DNA of 63,822 bases, filler included, from Platydemus manokwari (lineage: Eukaryota), in NCBI GenBank assembly GCA_037951405.1. It is 6 parts of 6 records of this genome, joined end to end, with 100 filler letters (N's around TTAATTAATTAA, not from the genome) between each part and the next. Parts side by side here need not be neighbours in the genome. Positions count along the whole stretch, not along the records: positions 10,131 to 20,972 come from JBBMOY011101554.1; positions 21,073 to 30,431 come from JBBMOY011259985.1; 4 more parts are not named here. One strand, written 5' to 3'. This document shows positions 15,031-27,059 of the stretch, piece after piece. The notes beneath the pieces were generated by a model. That model searched no databases and was not told the DNA's origin. It was given only the letters and a program-made list of their open reading frames with translations. Both the position numbers and the translations under genes were made by a program. Numbering within the stretch: position 1 is the first letter of the stretch; each line of letters begins with the position of its first letter.

Positions 15031-15795
15031 AATATTCCTTCATATTTTTAATTATTTACCAATACTTTATGTTAAGAAATTGTCAACCATCTGGTCATCC
15101 AGAATTGGCTAAGTGCTATTTAAACTATTTTCTTGGTAATGAAATATAGCCATTTATTTTCATTCTATATTAAATGAATAATAAACAAATAATTTATTTG
15201 TTATAAATCGCATGAATTTATCCTAATTAAATCCAAGTTGAGCAGGCATGACTCAATATAGGAAATTCGTGCATGGCATGAATACAATTTATTATAAAAA
15301 GGGTGTACGTATTGCTATGCCATCCAAAATTTAAATGTCTTATACAAAAGCTGGATAAGATAATTTTTCAACGCATCAGATATCCTTACAAAATTGATCT
15401 CCAATGTATCAAACACATTTATCCTTTCAATCACCTTAAATAAAATAAAAAATAATAAAATTTTATATCCCAATTCCTTATTTCTAGTTGCCTTATTGAA
15501 CGATTGGTCGTCTAATCTTGAATATTTACAATAAATCTAATGGAATTCTTAGTCTTACTCTTTTGCCTTGGTTATTCGACCTTATATACCATTGGATATG
15601 GGCGAAAAAATTAATCAACAATTTAAAACATAGATTCAACAAATACAATAAAAAGGAAGCTCATAAGATTTATGTATTAATCACAACAACTATTATTGGC
15701 ACCGCACTAATAATAATTGTAAATATGAGATATATGAATGATATTTCTTGTCCACCAACCATACTCGCGATTGACCGATGTCACCTTACCGTTTC

Positions 15796-18700
15796 TCAAG
15801 ACCGACCTTTTTGTTCGGGAACATCAGTCCAATCTGGAACTTTCCCTTTTTCTAGATATGTATCTCGAGTTAATGATCGAACGCCTATTGTGTCAAGTTC
15901 TCCAAATATTGCTGCTCCAAGCCACCCGGTGTAGTTTGGAAATGAAGGTGGATCGTGCATTTTAAATGTTTCTTTAGATAATTTATTGTATTTATTATTT
16001 TGCGCTAATCGTCGGATTTCTGCAAGTAAACGAGATCGAAATCCGGGCAATTCACACGTTCCACCAATAACGACAATATTTTCACACAGTGCTCTAAAAA
16101 CAGATTTTATGTCCCACAGCATATTTATAACTGATTTAAAATATAGATTAGAAATAGAGTTTTAAAATAGCTATATTTATGAGTCTCTGTGATCACTAGT
16201 TTTATCGACATTTTTCAACGATAAATCTTTTAATAATGAAGGATCTACGAAACACAACTGAAAGATTGAGACCTTTCAATGCTTTGATATAATATTTGCA
16301 TATAATGCAGTTTGTAGCGCATTTTAAATTGAAATTGGAGCTTGCTTTACTCATTAATAAATAGTTTTTTACGAAATACTTAATGCATTCAACGATAATA
16401 CATCAGAATTATTAACAATAAATTCTCTTCAAACATTACTAATACTATGGATTACATCAAATATATTAATGAACACCTTATTAATTGTTTATCTGTCTCA
16501 TTGAACTCATTTTTGGAATAAAAAATCATTAATTTTATATCGATTTTATCAGAAAAATTACAATAAAACACAAATACATTATTTTAACATCTTTATAATT
16601 TCAAAATATCATATAAGGGTGTTCCAAAAGTAGGTTCTATTTATTTGAAAATTGGACAGCAGAACAGCGGGAAATTCGTTATAACTGTTAACATAAACAA
16701 TTTAATCTCTCAGATGCTCAAAATATCCCCCAACATTTATTTATATTGGTATTACTAAGCAAGTGACTTCAACTATATAAAAGGTAGTTTTTAATAGCTG
16801 TAAACCTATTTTTGGACCAACCTGTATATTTCCATTCAAAAGATGAGCATAAATGATAAAACTGTGTATGATACACACGAATTTTGTTTTTATCTAATTT
16901 CATAGGCAGACACATATGAATGCTTATTTTATACAATGTTTTAACTGCAATGATTTGGAATAAAGATATAAGAATCAGAAGTTTGAAGTAGTAATAAATT
17001 TACAAAATGTGAATTTTATAAATATCAACTCAAGGTCAAATTGATATTTTTATGAATTATATCGAAGCGTCCGTAATGGAAATATTTAAATTTTTAGATC
17101 AACAAAATTCTTCCGAAATTATTACTTCTTTTTACTAAATTTATTCTTGATGGCACAATATGTTTTGGAACAATATTGTCGTATTTGTTTATCAAGATCA
17201 TTACATGTTATCAATGAGGTCTTACATGGTAACTTATAGCAACTATTTAGAGTTTGACAATGATACCAGATTCTCAGCTTCTATCAGCGATTTTATAAAT
17301 AAATCACCATAAAATTACAACTATAATCGATAGTAAACTATTATTGATACATTGTTGGTAACATAATCAAAATCATATAAATCACATCAAATTAAAGCTT
17401 TAAAACAACATAACCTCAAGATGAGTAATATTTTTCGTTCATGGTTTTATGAGGAATATTCTAGATGTAATTATAGGTTTTATTGTTAATACATAGGGAA
17501 AGACAACAAAGCTTTACTGCTTGTATAAAGATTGAACAAAATGGACTACATCGAAACATAAATTAAGAGAGCAAGAAAAATTAAAAAAAATAATTTGTCT
17601 TCATTGTATGGATAATTAAATTATTCGACAAATTAATATATATTTCATATAATGAAACAATGAATGACACAATGGAGAATGATAATTGATGAGATTTACA
17701 TTAAATACAATTATGAGATACAATATGTCATCAAAATGGATAAATAAATGGAATTAGCTTTCCCATACAGCATTAACATTTAAAAATCATATTTCTCTAC
17801 AACAAATAGTTTCGTTATTTGAAATAAGTGAATGGGGTTAGGAGGGTATTTAATAACTTGGAGAGACATGATTATATTTTCAATTTCATGAATTGTCAAT
17901 TCGGGACAATTGCTTATTTGATGGATTGACCAATTGTCTTTAATTGTCATTGATAAATTGTTTTTCAAATGAGAAAAATTGATTTTTAAATTAGAAAAAT
18001 TATCATAGAATGAAATAAAATTTTTATTAATTTCTTGTTGAGAATAAATATGATATAAGATGGAGAAATATCAATCAATAATATAAATTCGACACACTTC
18101 ATATTAAAAAGAATGACAATGGCTTCATATTCATGGCTGTCTATAGAAATCCTTAATAATAAATAAAATATCGGCTGGGATGTTTGATAATAATGAGTGG
18201 CTCAATGAAAATTAAAGCATTTAAACTGGAATAAAGTTTTTTCTAATAATTAAATACCATATAGCCACTGAGGTTACTGATTTTTAATTAAAGTAATAAA
18301 AATTCCCAATTATAATTTTATAAATATTTTTATTTTCATCATTGTACTTGTTTCCTGATATGAAACCAGCATTTGGATAATTATACTTTGTACTCAAATA
18401 ATACTTCTTCAGAAATGTAACGAAATTTATTTTAATTAAAAAGTTACCAAAAAAATCCAAATCAATAAACCTAATAATAAAATGCCACTATATTTCATAG
18501 AAAATTCGTAACTACATTAAGTGAATCGTTCTACTCGTGACAATAATTATCATAAATAAACTACTTGCAATTGTCAGTAAATAATATAAAATAACACTAA
18601 GAACAAGGAAAACTTTAAATCGATTATTAAAAATATGAAGAGTTATAAGCTATACTTGAAATAAATTTTGATAAATTGATAAGCGCAATCATTCTGCGGA

Positions 18701-20152
18701 ATTTGTTAACAAATTTGTCACCACAAATATTAGCAAGGCTTGTTAGAGTAAATTTCAAAAGCAAAAGAAAAATTTTCAATTTTTTATTGAGGTTACAAAT
18801 ATTTCTGTATTCTCAATAAGTTGTCTGATATGACTTCATATTTTGAAATCAACCTTGAAATTTTATTGATTTTCTGGTAATTATTTTTCCATTATTTGGA
18901 TGAAAATAAAAAGTGTTTCATTATAAAAATGAAAGTAAAGGATTTCGCATTTGAATTATTATTATAATAATAAAATGAGAGATACTTTAATGAAACTATA
19001 ATCGAATCACATTAGATACACATGACCAATCGATAACATGATGATGAGTGTGTGTAAAATAACTTTGGTTTCCATTTAATAAGTGAATCATTAAATGATG
19101 AGTTCGCGATTCTATTGGACACTGACGTGTAGAAAGTAATCCGATTAATCGGTTGAATATTTGCAGGATTTATCATTGGTTCAATCAATAAACTCTTCTT
19201 TGTATTCAACAAATCGAAAGATACATCAAAATTAAATGATTGATTTCAAAAAATATATCAGATAACCCAATTTATGAAGCCAAACTCTAAATATTGATCA
19301 TCTCAAATAAAAATATAAAATTCAATGGTGAAATACAGTATTGATTTCAACTTTAACTATAATCAAGCTGGCCAATCATATCTAATTCAACACATTAAAT
19401 AGTAAAAAATCTGAAAATAACACCGATTCTCTGTCACATCTTAGAAACGATAATTCAACCAATAAAGGAAAATCCGGTGAGATGGATAAGAATTACAAAG
19501 CAATTCATTTAGACTTTATAATAACTAATAATAATTATTATTAATAAGAACAATTATAATCCAAGATTCCATATGATTTCACAAATGAAACGGAAATTTC
19601 AACACGGAAAAATCCGGCAATAACGATTTTAGAATTCAAGTGTAGATAATAATTATTGATGTATTCGTGATTCTATTTTCAAAATATCATAAATAATGTA
19701 AATTTTCTTTTTAATATCCGAAAGAAACAATTAAAATCAAGCAAATAAATTCAATATTATTGATTAATTGAAAATTTTGACTCACTTTCGGCAATCAATA
19801 GGTGACCCAATAATGGCATCGAGCACCAAAGTAGCCAAGGTTATTTCTTCTTCTTCAGAATCAAATAAACATTCCGGAGCTAATTCTCGAACAGAAATTG
19901 GAATCTTAAGACAAATGTCTCCGAAACTCTGGTGCTGTAAATTATAATCGAAACTTTCCTGAGCTAAAGAAGGCCGTTCGGTTGGATTATCGGAATCCTT
20001 GGATGCCAACCAGGCTCGCCATTTATCTGCTCTGGCAATCGGTGACACTACACAAGCTCTAACTATATAGGTGTTGTATAAAATTTCGGTATTTACGTTG
20101 GATTTTTATTCACCTTTTATATCTTCTAATACAGTTCTTGTCAAGATCTTAG
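15796..20152 (-). CDS. ACTR10: Actin-related protein 10 (dynactin Arp11), 3' part; exons 20114-20152, 19786-20062, 15796-16093
   Basis: GT-AG spliced, phase-compatible product ..TVLEDIKVRACVVSP...RELAPECLFDSEEEEITLATLVLDAIIGSPIDCRK|ALCENIVVIGGTCELPGFRSRLLAEIR...WLGAAIFGEL...GKVPDW matches the ACTR10 C-terminal half (VLEDIK.RTCFV; LILDSL..CPIDTRK.LAENLVVIGGT.MLPGF..RLLAEI). 5' exons not found in this contig. Confidence 0.9.
16615..16824. mobile_element. Tc1/mariner-type MITE in the ACTR10 intron
   Basis: About 22-bp imperfect terminal inverted repeats (AAGGGTGTTCCAAAAGTAGGTT vs reverse complement CAGGTTGGTCCAAAAATAGGTT) with TA-rich flanks; no coding capacity. Confidence 0.55.
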
Positions 20153-20972
20153 CTGAAAAAATATTTATTTATCTCTTCTGATTTTGAAAATTTTTATAAA
20201 ACCCATGAAAAGTCGTAAAGAAAACCTTAGTGATCAGTTAAATTTCATCTCACAAAATGATAATTATACTGGCTTTTTAATTCTTGAAATAAAATTATTT
20301 ATTTTTCTCCATTAATATTTCCATCCCACTGTGTTTTCAATAAATATTTTCTTTTAAATTTTTGCATAAAAATACAACATCGTTGAAGTGAATTGAAAGT
20401 TAAATGTTCCGGTTAGTCAGACTAATCTTCAATGATAATATCCGTTTAATTCGAAGATAAATTTTTCTCAAGAATTCTTTCAATACAATAAAAATGAATT
20501 GTTAATGTATCTGTTATAAATAATTTAGAAAAAAACGGTTTGAGGCAATAGTGAATTTTTAATGATCCAGTTCCTATAGAATTTCACAATTCCAACACTA
20601 ACATTTGTCGATTGTTGCGATCATTCTCAATTTTTAAATTGAATTGTAGCGAAATGCTTCGTTATAATAAATACGGGAAAAGTATTGAATTTAGTAGGTT
20701 CAGAATAAATAAACCAATGAAATAAAGGTTAAAATGGAAAAATATTCATAAACTAAGATGAAGTATAAAATAAGTTTAAAATCGCTATCCACTTTGCTCT
20801 CTCATTATCATTAAAATACAAAAAGCATGACAAAGTAATAAATTCATAAACATAATTTTAATACGAAACTATTAAATAAATAACAAAAACAACAAATATT
20901 ATATATACAGCGCATCTTACCATTTGACAAATACGGTAATTCTTTTTAAAATATATTTTCTATCCAGTATAT

Positions 20973-21072
20973 NNNNNNNNNNNNNNNNNNNNNNNNNNNN
21001 NNNNNNNNNNNNNNNNTTAATTAATTAANNNNNNNNNNNNNNNNNNNNNNNNNNNNNNNNNNNNNNNNNNNN
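20973..21072. other. Artificial assembly spacer
   Basis: N44-TTAATTAATTAA-N44. Confidence 0.98.
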
Positions 21073-21435
21073 TATCTCTTTACGATATATTTCAACAACT
21101 TTCTTAAATGTTTGGAAATTTTGAATATTTTTATGGAAATCTCTGAATATATTTGCAATGTGTGATGAAATGGGTTTGAGTGAATTGATGAATAAATTTG
21201 GCATATAGACTAATAGATTTAAAGCGATTTTTGAAAATATATCAAAATTGAAATATGAAGATGGATTATGAATATAAAATGGTGATAATGATGATGATGA
21301 TGACAATTTGTTATCGACATTAGAAAGAATAAACGAGATATTGTTGCAAGATTTTGAATCACAAATCAAATATTGAGCTGGAGTAGCTGATTGTGATTTT
21401 ATCATTGGTGTAGAACATTGATGACAACTTTCCAT
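21073..21435 (-). CDS. 5' part of an uncharacterised protein with an N-terminal Zn-ribbon-like motif, truncated by the gap
   Basis: ATG-initiated 121-codon open frame MESCHQCSTP...YLICDSKSCNN (CxxC-x17-CxxxxC) running into the spacer. Confidence 0.4.
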
Positions 21436-22639
21436 TTTTTTCTAATAAATCAAATATTAATTTTAATAAATGAAGATTATTTTCGAATAAATTTAATTTA
21501 TCATTAATTTTATTGGTCTAAAAAGAATAAAATATAAAGAATTGAGATGAATATAATTATTATTAGTTGTGATATTTGATTTGGTTATAAGAACTGAAAT
21601 GACATATTATCTGTCAAGGTTTTGCCTTATAATATTTACAATTATCTTAAAATTTTCTTTATTTAAATCCGTGCTCAGTTATAAATTTATTAGCAATCAA
21701 TCAATTAAGAAGGATATTTAATTCAAATTTTGCAACAAATTGCGTCTAAAATACCAATCTATGGATAGAATTCGATTATCAATTGGTGTACATCAACATA
21801 TGATACCAAAGACTAAAATAAGCAAATAACATGATAGCTAGAAAAAGACTTATTACGAAACTAGGAATTAGAGAATGTTAACCCAATAAGTGAATATTCA
21901 CATCAGGACTACTACTCGATAATTTTTTTCTGCCTTACTCTTCTTCTGATTATTCTAATGAGCAGTCATTCATGATCGTTGTTTCTGTTCAATATTTTGG
22001 TTGCTGATCCCGATGAGATCTGATTATTGATTTTGTTCTTTAATGTGATTTAGAGTCAAATACTGACGTTTATATTTTAAAGTGTTACATTGTGATTATA
22101 ATTACATTTTTGAAAATATAACGTTAATAGATATCTAGCATTATTTTGGTGAGTCCGACTTTGAAATTTCAGCAATAATCACTTAAACGCTTTAAGTGTC
22201 CGTAGGAATCAGAGACATTTTAACAATTATCAAACTGCTAAATCTGCATTTAAGTTTGTACTAAACAAGACATTTAATAGGAAATACTGCACTTGTTCTG
22301 AATGTGGCAGGAGAGAAATCATTGTACAAAACAGCATATCGAGAACTACATCACAATATTTATCATACTGTGATATACTGAGATACTGTGAATATTCAAA
22401 GATAAGTGAAGTGCTACTTCCAAAACAATATTTAACATTTAGCAAGGACATAGCTCTCAAATCAAAATATATTCCAACAACCAATTCCAACCTCGATTCA
22501 TCAAAACTATAGAATATTGATTTGATTCAGCTTCGGTATTTATCATTTGTTTCAGGGAAACAATGTTTCTTAGTTCTTTTATACTTTTATTTGCATCAAA
22601 ACGTCCTATTTTTAATTTACAAATTTAGGGTTTTTTATT

Positions 22640-23386
22640 CTTCATCATAAATTGAGAACACATTTTGAAGAAATACATCTTCGTCTTAATCTAAAGCAAT
22701 ATATTTATATTTCTCACTCCATTGTTTATTTACAAGAAAGTTAAAATCGTCTTTTTATATAGTGTTAGAAAATAATGCAGAATGAGTGAATCTTTATCTC
22801 TTTTATCTAATTTAAATAAATTAATAAAATTTGAATACATCCTGATTGAATTCTTTGTTAAATTTTGTGATAAATAAATGCTATTACAATTATTATGTCT
22901 TCCTCTTGTAAAATAAGCAAACATTATTTCCTGGTTTTTCTCTGTAACACAATCACCAAAAATTATTAAATTCTTTTTGGTTTTATTTAAATCGAATGGT
23001 TTCGTAATTTCATTGAATTTGGAAGTCATGGTTATTGATATATTCCTTTTTTCTAGAGGACACAACATGCATGCAATTAGTTCACAATTTCTCTAATAGT
23101 GAAATCTTTATTAATTCTATTCTGGTCTTCAAATAATTTTTATTATAATTTTTTTTGATAATCCATTTTTAAATGCATGATATAAAACTTGATATTCTTC
23201 TTGACAAACTGTTTTTGAAAATGTAATCAAATTATCATAATCTAAAAACCTTGGTGTTATTAACATTTTAAAAAGTAATTGAGTTTAGCCACAACGAGTA
23301 CTTCCAATAATTAACATACTAAAAGATAAAGGAATATTTTTATGATTATTAAATATTATTTTATTTGTTCTCCAAACAATTGCCAT
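22640..23386 (-). pseudogene. Polinton/Maverick A32-like DNA-packaging ATPase, decayed
   Basis: MAIVW...PLSFSMLIIGSTRCG*TQLL (Walker A with Lys changed to stop), KNLIIFGD (Walker B-like), FTRGRHNNCNSIYLSQ and IR...NFINLFK, the A32/FtsK-type signature. Confidence 0.85.
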
Positions 23387-23439
23387 TTTTAGATTCAAAA
23401 ATTGTGTAAGACAAATATTTTTTTAACAACACGAAACCT

Positions 23440-23780
23440 AGTTACCAATTTACTTGATCTTTGAAATTCTCTAGTAAAAGATTTTAATAATTTTTGAAAA
23501 TTTGAAGTAAAATACCAATCCACTTTATCTTGGAATTCTTGGATAAATTCTTCAGTTAATTTTTAATGTTGTAAAATAAATTCCCAATCCACTTTATCTT
23601 TAAATTCTATAATAAAAAATTTTGATAACTCATGATATTCTGAAATAGCTACCCTATCAACTTTATCTTGAAATTCTCGCATAAAATCTTCAGATAATTT
23701 TTGTCATAGTGAAATATATTTCCATTCTTGTTTATCTTGAAATTCTCTAATAATCGATTCTGAAAGTTTTTGTTTTACAC
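23440..23780 (-). pseudogene. Tryptophan-repeat protein gene (five tandem 23-aa / 69-bp units), decayed
   Basis: QKLSESIIREFQDKQEWKYISL*/QKLSEDFMREFQDKVDRVAISEY/HELSKFFIIEFKDKVDWEFILQH/*KLTEEFIQEFQDKVDWYFTSNF/QKLLKSFTREFQ; consensus QKLSE.FI.EFQDKVDW..IS. Confidence 0.75.
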
Positions 23781-24229
23781 AAGGAATTTTTCATGTGATT
23801 GTTTTTGTTTACACCTCTATATTTTTCATTACATTGTTCACGCATATAATGTTTACAAAAAGTAATCATTAATGTATCTTCAAAACATGTTACACATTCT
23901 CAACAATTTTCTGATTTTTTAAGTAATCTTTTTTCATTTACTTCAATAAAATTTACTTTATTTATCCCAATTTATAAGAGTTATTTTTATATATTTAAAA
24001 ATGAGTCAATTCTTTGAAGTTGACAGATTTCTAATAAAGAAATTTCTAAATCTAATAAAGCAAAAAGTGAAAGATCTAAATATCATACGAATAGTATGAA
24101 TGGTATGCATGGTATGAATGAAAGCACAAATGGTATGAATAAAAGTGAGAAATTAAGAGGTTTTAAATTTCCTGGAGACGCTCTACAAGATGCAATTACA
24201 TATAATAATTTTTTAAATAAATTTATTAC

Positions 24230-24915
24230 TGGTTGTCATCCTGGAGAATTTCATCAAAAAACTTTAAATTCATTTAATAAAAAAATCCTGTTCATAATTA
24301 TACTGGCCAAAATTAAGTCTCAGAGTTGATTCGTGGTCAATGCTAGTGTTGTTTAAATATTCTATCAACAATGCAACAACTTCAAATTGCGAAAAACCCC
24401 TAAAATCTTAATCTACTACTTCAATTGAGAAATCTTTGAAAGAACTCAGGTAATAACTGATCTTTAGTAAAAAGTTGAAGAATATATGGACAATCTGCAG
24501 CAGGTTTCAGAAGTTCATTATGATGAGAATATGGAAACTGTTCAGAGACTAAAAGTTAGTGGCCATGAAGAGTTTAATCACCTCTAATGATTGCTTAAGA
24601 TATAGTACAAACTAATATTGAAAGATATTAGTAATTGCCAGGAACAAATCTTCAAAAACAAATTCAAAATATAATGAAACTGGAAAACTAGATATACAAC
24701 CAATTCCAAAAGAAAATCATCAACCTGTAAATAAAATAGATGTAATAACAATGCAACATGATATTGATTATAATTCAAAAGATTTACAAGATAGACATAT
24801 TTCTGATGTTAAAATGATACATCAAATGGATAAAATTCCTCATCCAACATTCAGAGAAAAATTAGAAAGACTTTTAATTAAAAGTATAATGAAAGGAAAA
24901 ATCATGCTTGGACAG
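24230..24915 (+). pseudogene. Polinton/adintovirus-type phospholipase A2 (parvovirus VP1u-like), split by an insertion
   Basis: N-part PGEFH...HNYTGQ (about 24240-24312; Ca-loop-like YxGP). C-part QPVNKIDVITMQHDIDY...DRHISDVKM...EK......IMKGKIMLG (about 24670-24912), with the catalytic HD-x-x-Y and a downstream Asp. Confidence 0.7.
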
Positions 24916-25039
24916 AGTTTATCATGTTTATCACATTTAGCAAAAGATATAAAAATTAAGAAAAAATATGAGTACCCGGATGTGAAAAGTATAAAACTTA
25001 TTAATGTTGGTAACCACCTTCCATGAGGCAATGACACTT

Positions 25040-25600
25040 AAGTGCAAGACTTACACCATGCACATAAAAAATCTAAGAAACTTTTAAAGGTTAAAATATT
25101 TGGAAAGAATAGTACTCATTGTGTGTATTTGGTTGTAACTCCTAAAAAATCTAAATAAGGATTTATACATATTTTGGCTGTTATTGATTTATATTCAAGA
25201 TATAGCTGGTATATTTATTTGAAGGATTAAAAGCAAGAAACGTCAGTTGAAGCTTCTAAAAGTTATTTTGAAACTGGAAAAAGAATTCCAAAATATATTT
25301 GGTTTGATAAAGATCCTGGAATCAGAAATGAATTTTTTAAAAAATTTTGTGATGAAAATAAAACCATTTTATATCATACAGAAAATGAAGGTAAAGCTGT
25401 TTTTGTTGAAAGACTTATAAGAACTTTAAAAAACATTGTGTGGAAACATTTTACACCCGTTGGAAGTTATAAATGGGATAATAATTTGTGTTGTTAATAA
25501 ATATAATATTAAGGTTCATTGAAGTAATGGTGTTAGTCCTATTTAAGCAAGTAAAAACCCTGAAATAACTACAGAAAATATGGAATTATTTTAATAATAA
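25040..25600 (+). pseudogene. Polinton-type retroviral-like (rve) integrase, decayed
   Basis: LHHAHKK...HCVYLV...ILAVIDLYSRYSW...KRIPKYIWFDKDPGI...LYHTENEGKAVFVERLIRTLKNIVWKHFT..GSYKW; two in-frame stops, first catalytic Asp apparently mutated. Confidence 0.85.
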
Positions 25601-25679
25601 TTTAAATGCTGAATGAAAATTTAGAGTTTTAGATGGTTTTAAAATTTTAATATAAAATAATAATTTTGAAATGAGTTAT

Positions 25680-26375
25680 AACATAATAGATTTGGCAAAT
25701 GGATTTCATCAAGTTGAATAAGATGAAGAAGCAAAAGAAAAAACAGCATTCATCACTATATACGTACAGTTCCAGTTTAATCGAATACCTTTCGGATTAT
25801 ATTCTGCACGCGGAATTTTTCAGAAATTTATAAATGTAGTATTGAAGACTGAAAATTGGAAAAACTGAGAAATTTATCTTTATGATATTCTGAGATTTAG
25901 ATGAACAGTCAATGGACACAATGAAAGGTTGGAAAGAGTTTTTAATCAAATTAATGAGGCTGGTTTTAAAATGGTTCCAAAGAAATGTTTATATTTATGA
26001 AAAGAAATTAAGCATTTTTGGCACGTGATTGAGGAAACAAACATATGAAAACAACCACGAGATAATAGAGAATTGGTTAAAATCTCAATGTGTCAAGGAA
26101 TCACAGGAATTTCTGGTGTTATGTGGTTATTATAGGCAGTTTATAAAGGCTTTTTCGGGTATTAATAACCACTAAATCAATTATTGAAGAAAGAGAGCAA
26201 ATTTGAGTGGAATGATTAAGGAACGACATCTTTTCACAAATTGAAAACATCATTGATGACATCACCAGTTCTAAGTTTACCATGCAAAAAAGGGAAATAT
26301 GTTTAGGATACTGATGCATCTTTCAGAGCTTTAGGAACTATACTTTCTGAAATACAAAATGAAGAAAAACACTGA
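25680..26375 (+). mobile_element. Ty3/Gypsy reverse transcriptase-RNase H fragment
   Basis: IDLANGFHQV..EKTAFIT....FNRIPFGLYSA..IFQKFIN, degenerate IYLYDIL (YxDD), GFKMVPKKC, later VLDTDASFRALGTILS; stops and frameshifts. Confidence 0.85.
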
Positions 26376-26763
26376 TTTATTTCTTACAATCCCTCAGAAT
26401 GTGAGAAAACCATCTGCTGCAAAATGATTTCTTTCCAAGTTTCTCTTTCAATATGAGACGAACACTCGTTTTTTTTAAAGTCAGTGAAATGGCTGGACAG
26501 GTTAAGTAGCAATCTTCTTCAATCATTTTATGCACAATAATGGTCTTCTCTTCTACAGTGCTCGTTCTTGGTCTTTCTAAATCTTCTTTTCGCTAAAAAG
26601 TGTTTGTTGTTTTCCTGCAAACTCTTTGGTAATCTGATGTACTCTCTGATGTATTTCTTCAAATTAAAATCTTGGATTTTCCAGTCTTGTTAATAATCTA
26701 CCTTAAAAAATTTACCTAAAAACGACGTACCTAGAAAATTTTAACTTTGATCTTCAGATATTT

Positions 26764-27009
26764 CATTGCCGCCACTTCCAGAGTGTAATTGAAGCTTATG
26801 GAGACTGTGTTTACACTCTGTTATGGTTTGCTAACATTTATTATAATTGTACATGCGATTTTCACAAATAAATGTTTTAAATTGTATTTATATGTAGATT
26901 TTGATAAGGTTTCATCGACTTTGAAATGGAATTTTTTTGCCGCCCCTGTATATATATATAAATACTATATATAAATACTATATATAAATACTATTAGATT
27001 TGTGTAACA
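26764..27009 (-). mobile_element. Putative short LTR (26784-27009) with adjacent primer-binding-site-like sequence
   Basis: 226-bp segment bounded by TGTAA...TAACA; on the minus strand it ends ATTACA followed by CTCTGGAAGTGGCGGC, resembling Gypsy LTR/PBS junctions. Confidence 0.4.
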
Positions 27010-27059
27010 TTTTAAGTAAATTAATACTATTCTACTGCTTATTTATCACAGCATCCAGA

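Noticed and set aside
15518-15965. Plus-strand ORFs of 138 and 75 aa
   Set aside because: Antisense shadows of the ACTR10 last exon and 3' UTR.
20420-20490. LKEFLRKIYLR as an upstream ACTR10 exon
   Set aside because: Resembles ACTR10 'LKEFIHILYFR' but is preceded by an in-frame stop, lacks usable splice sites, and the intervening conserved exons are absent.
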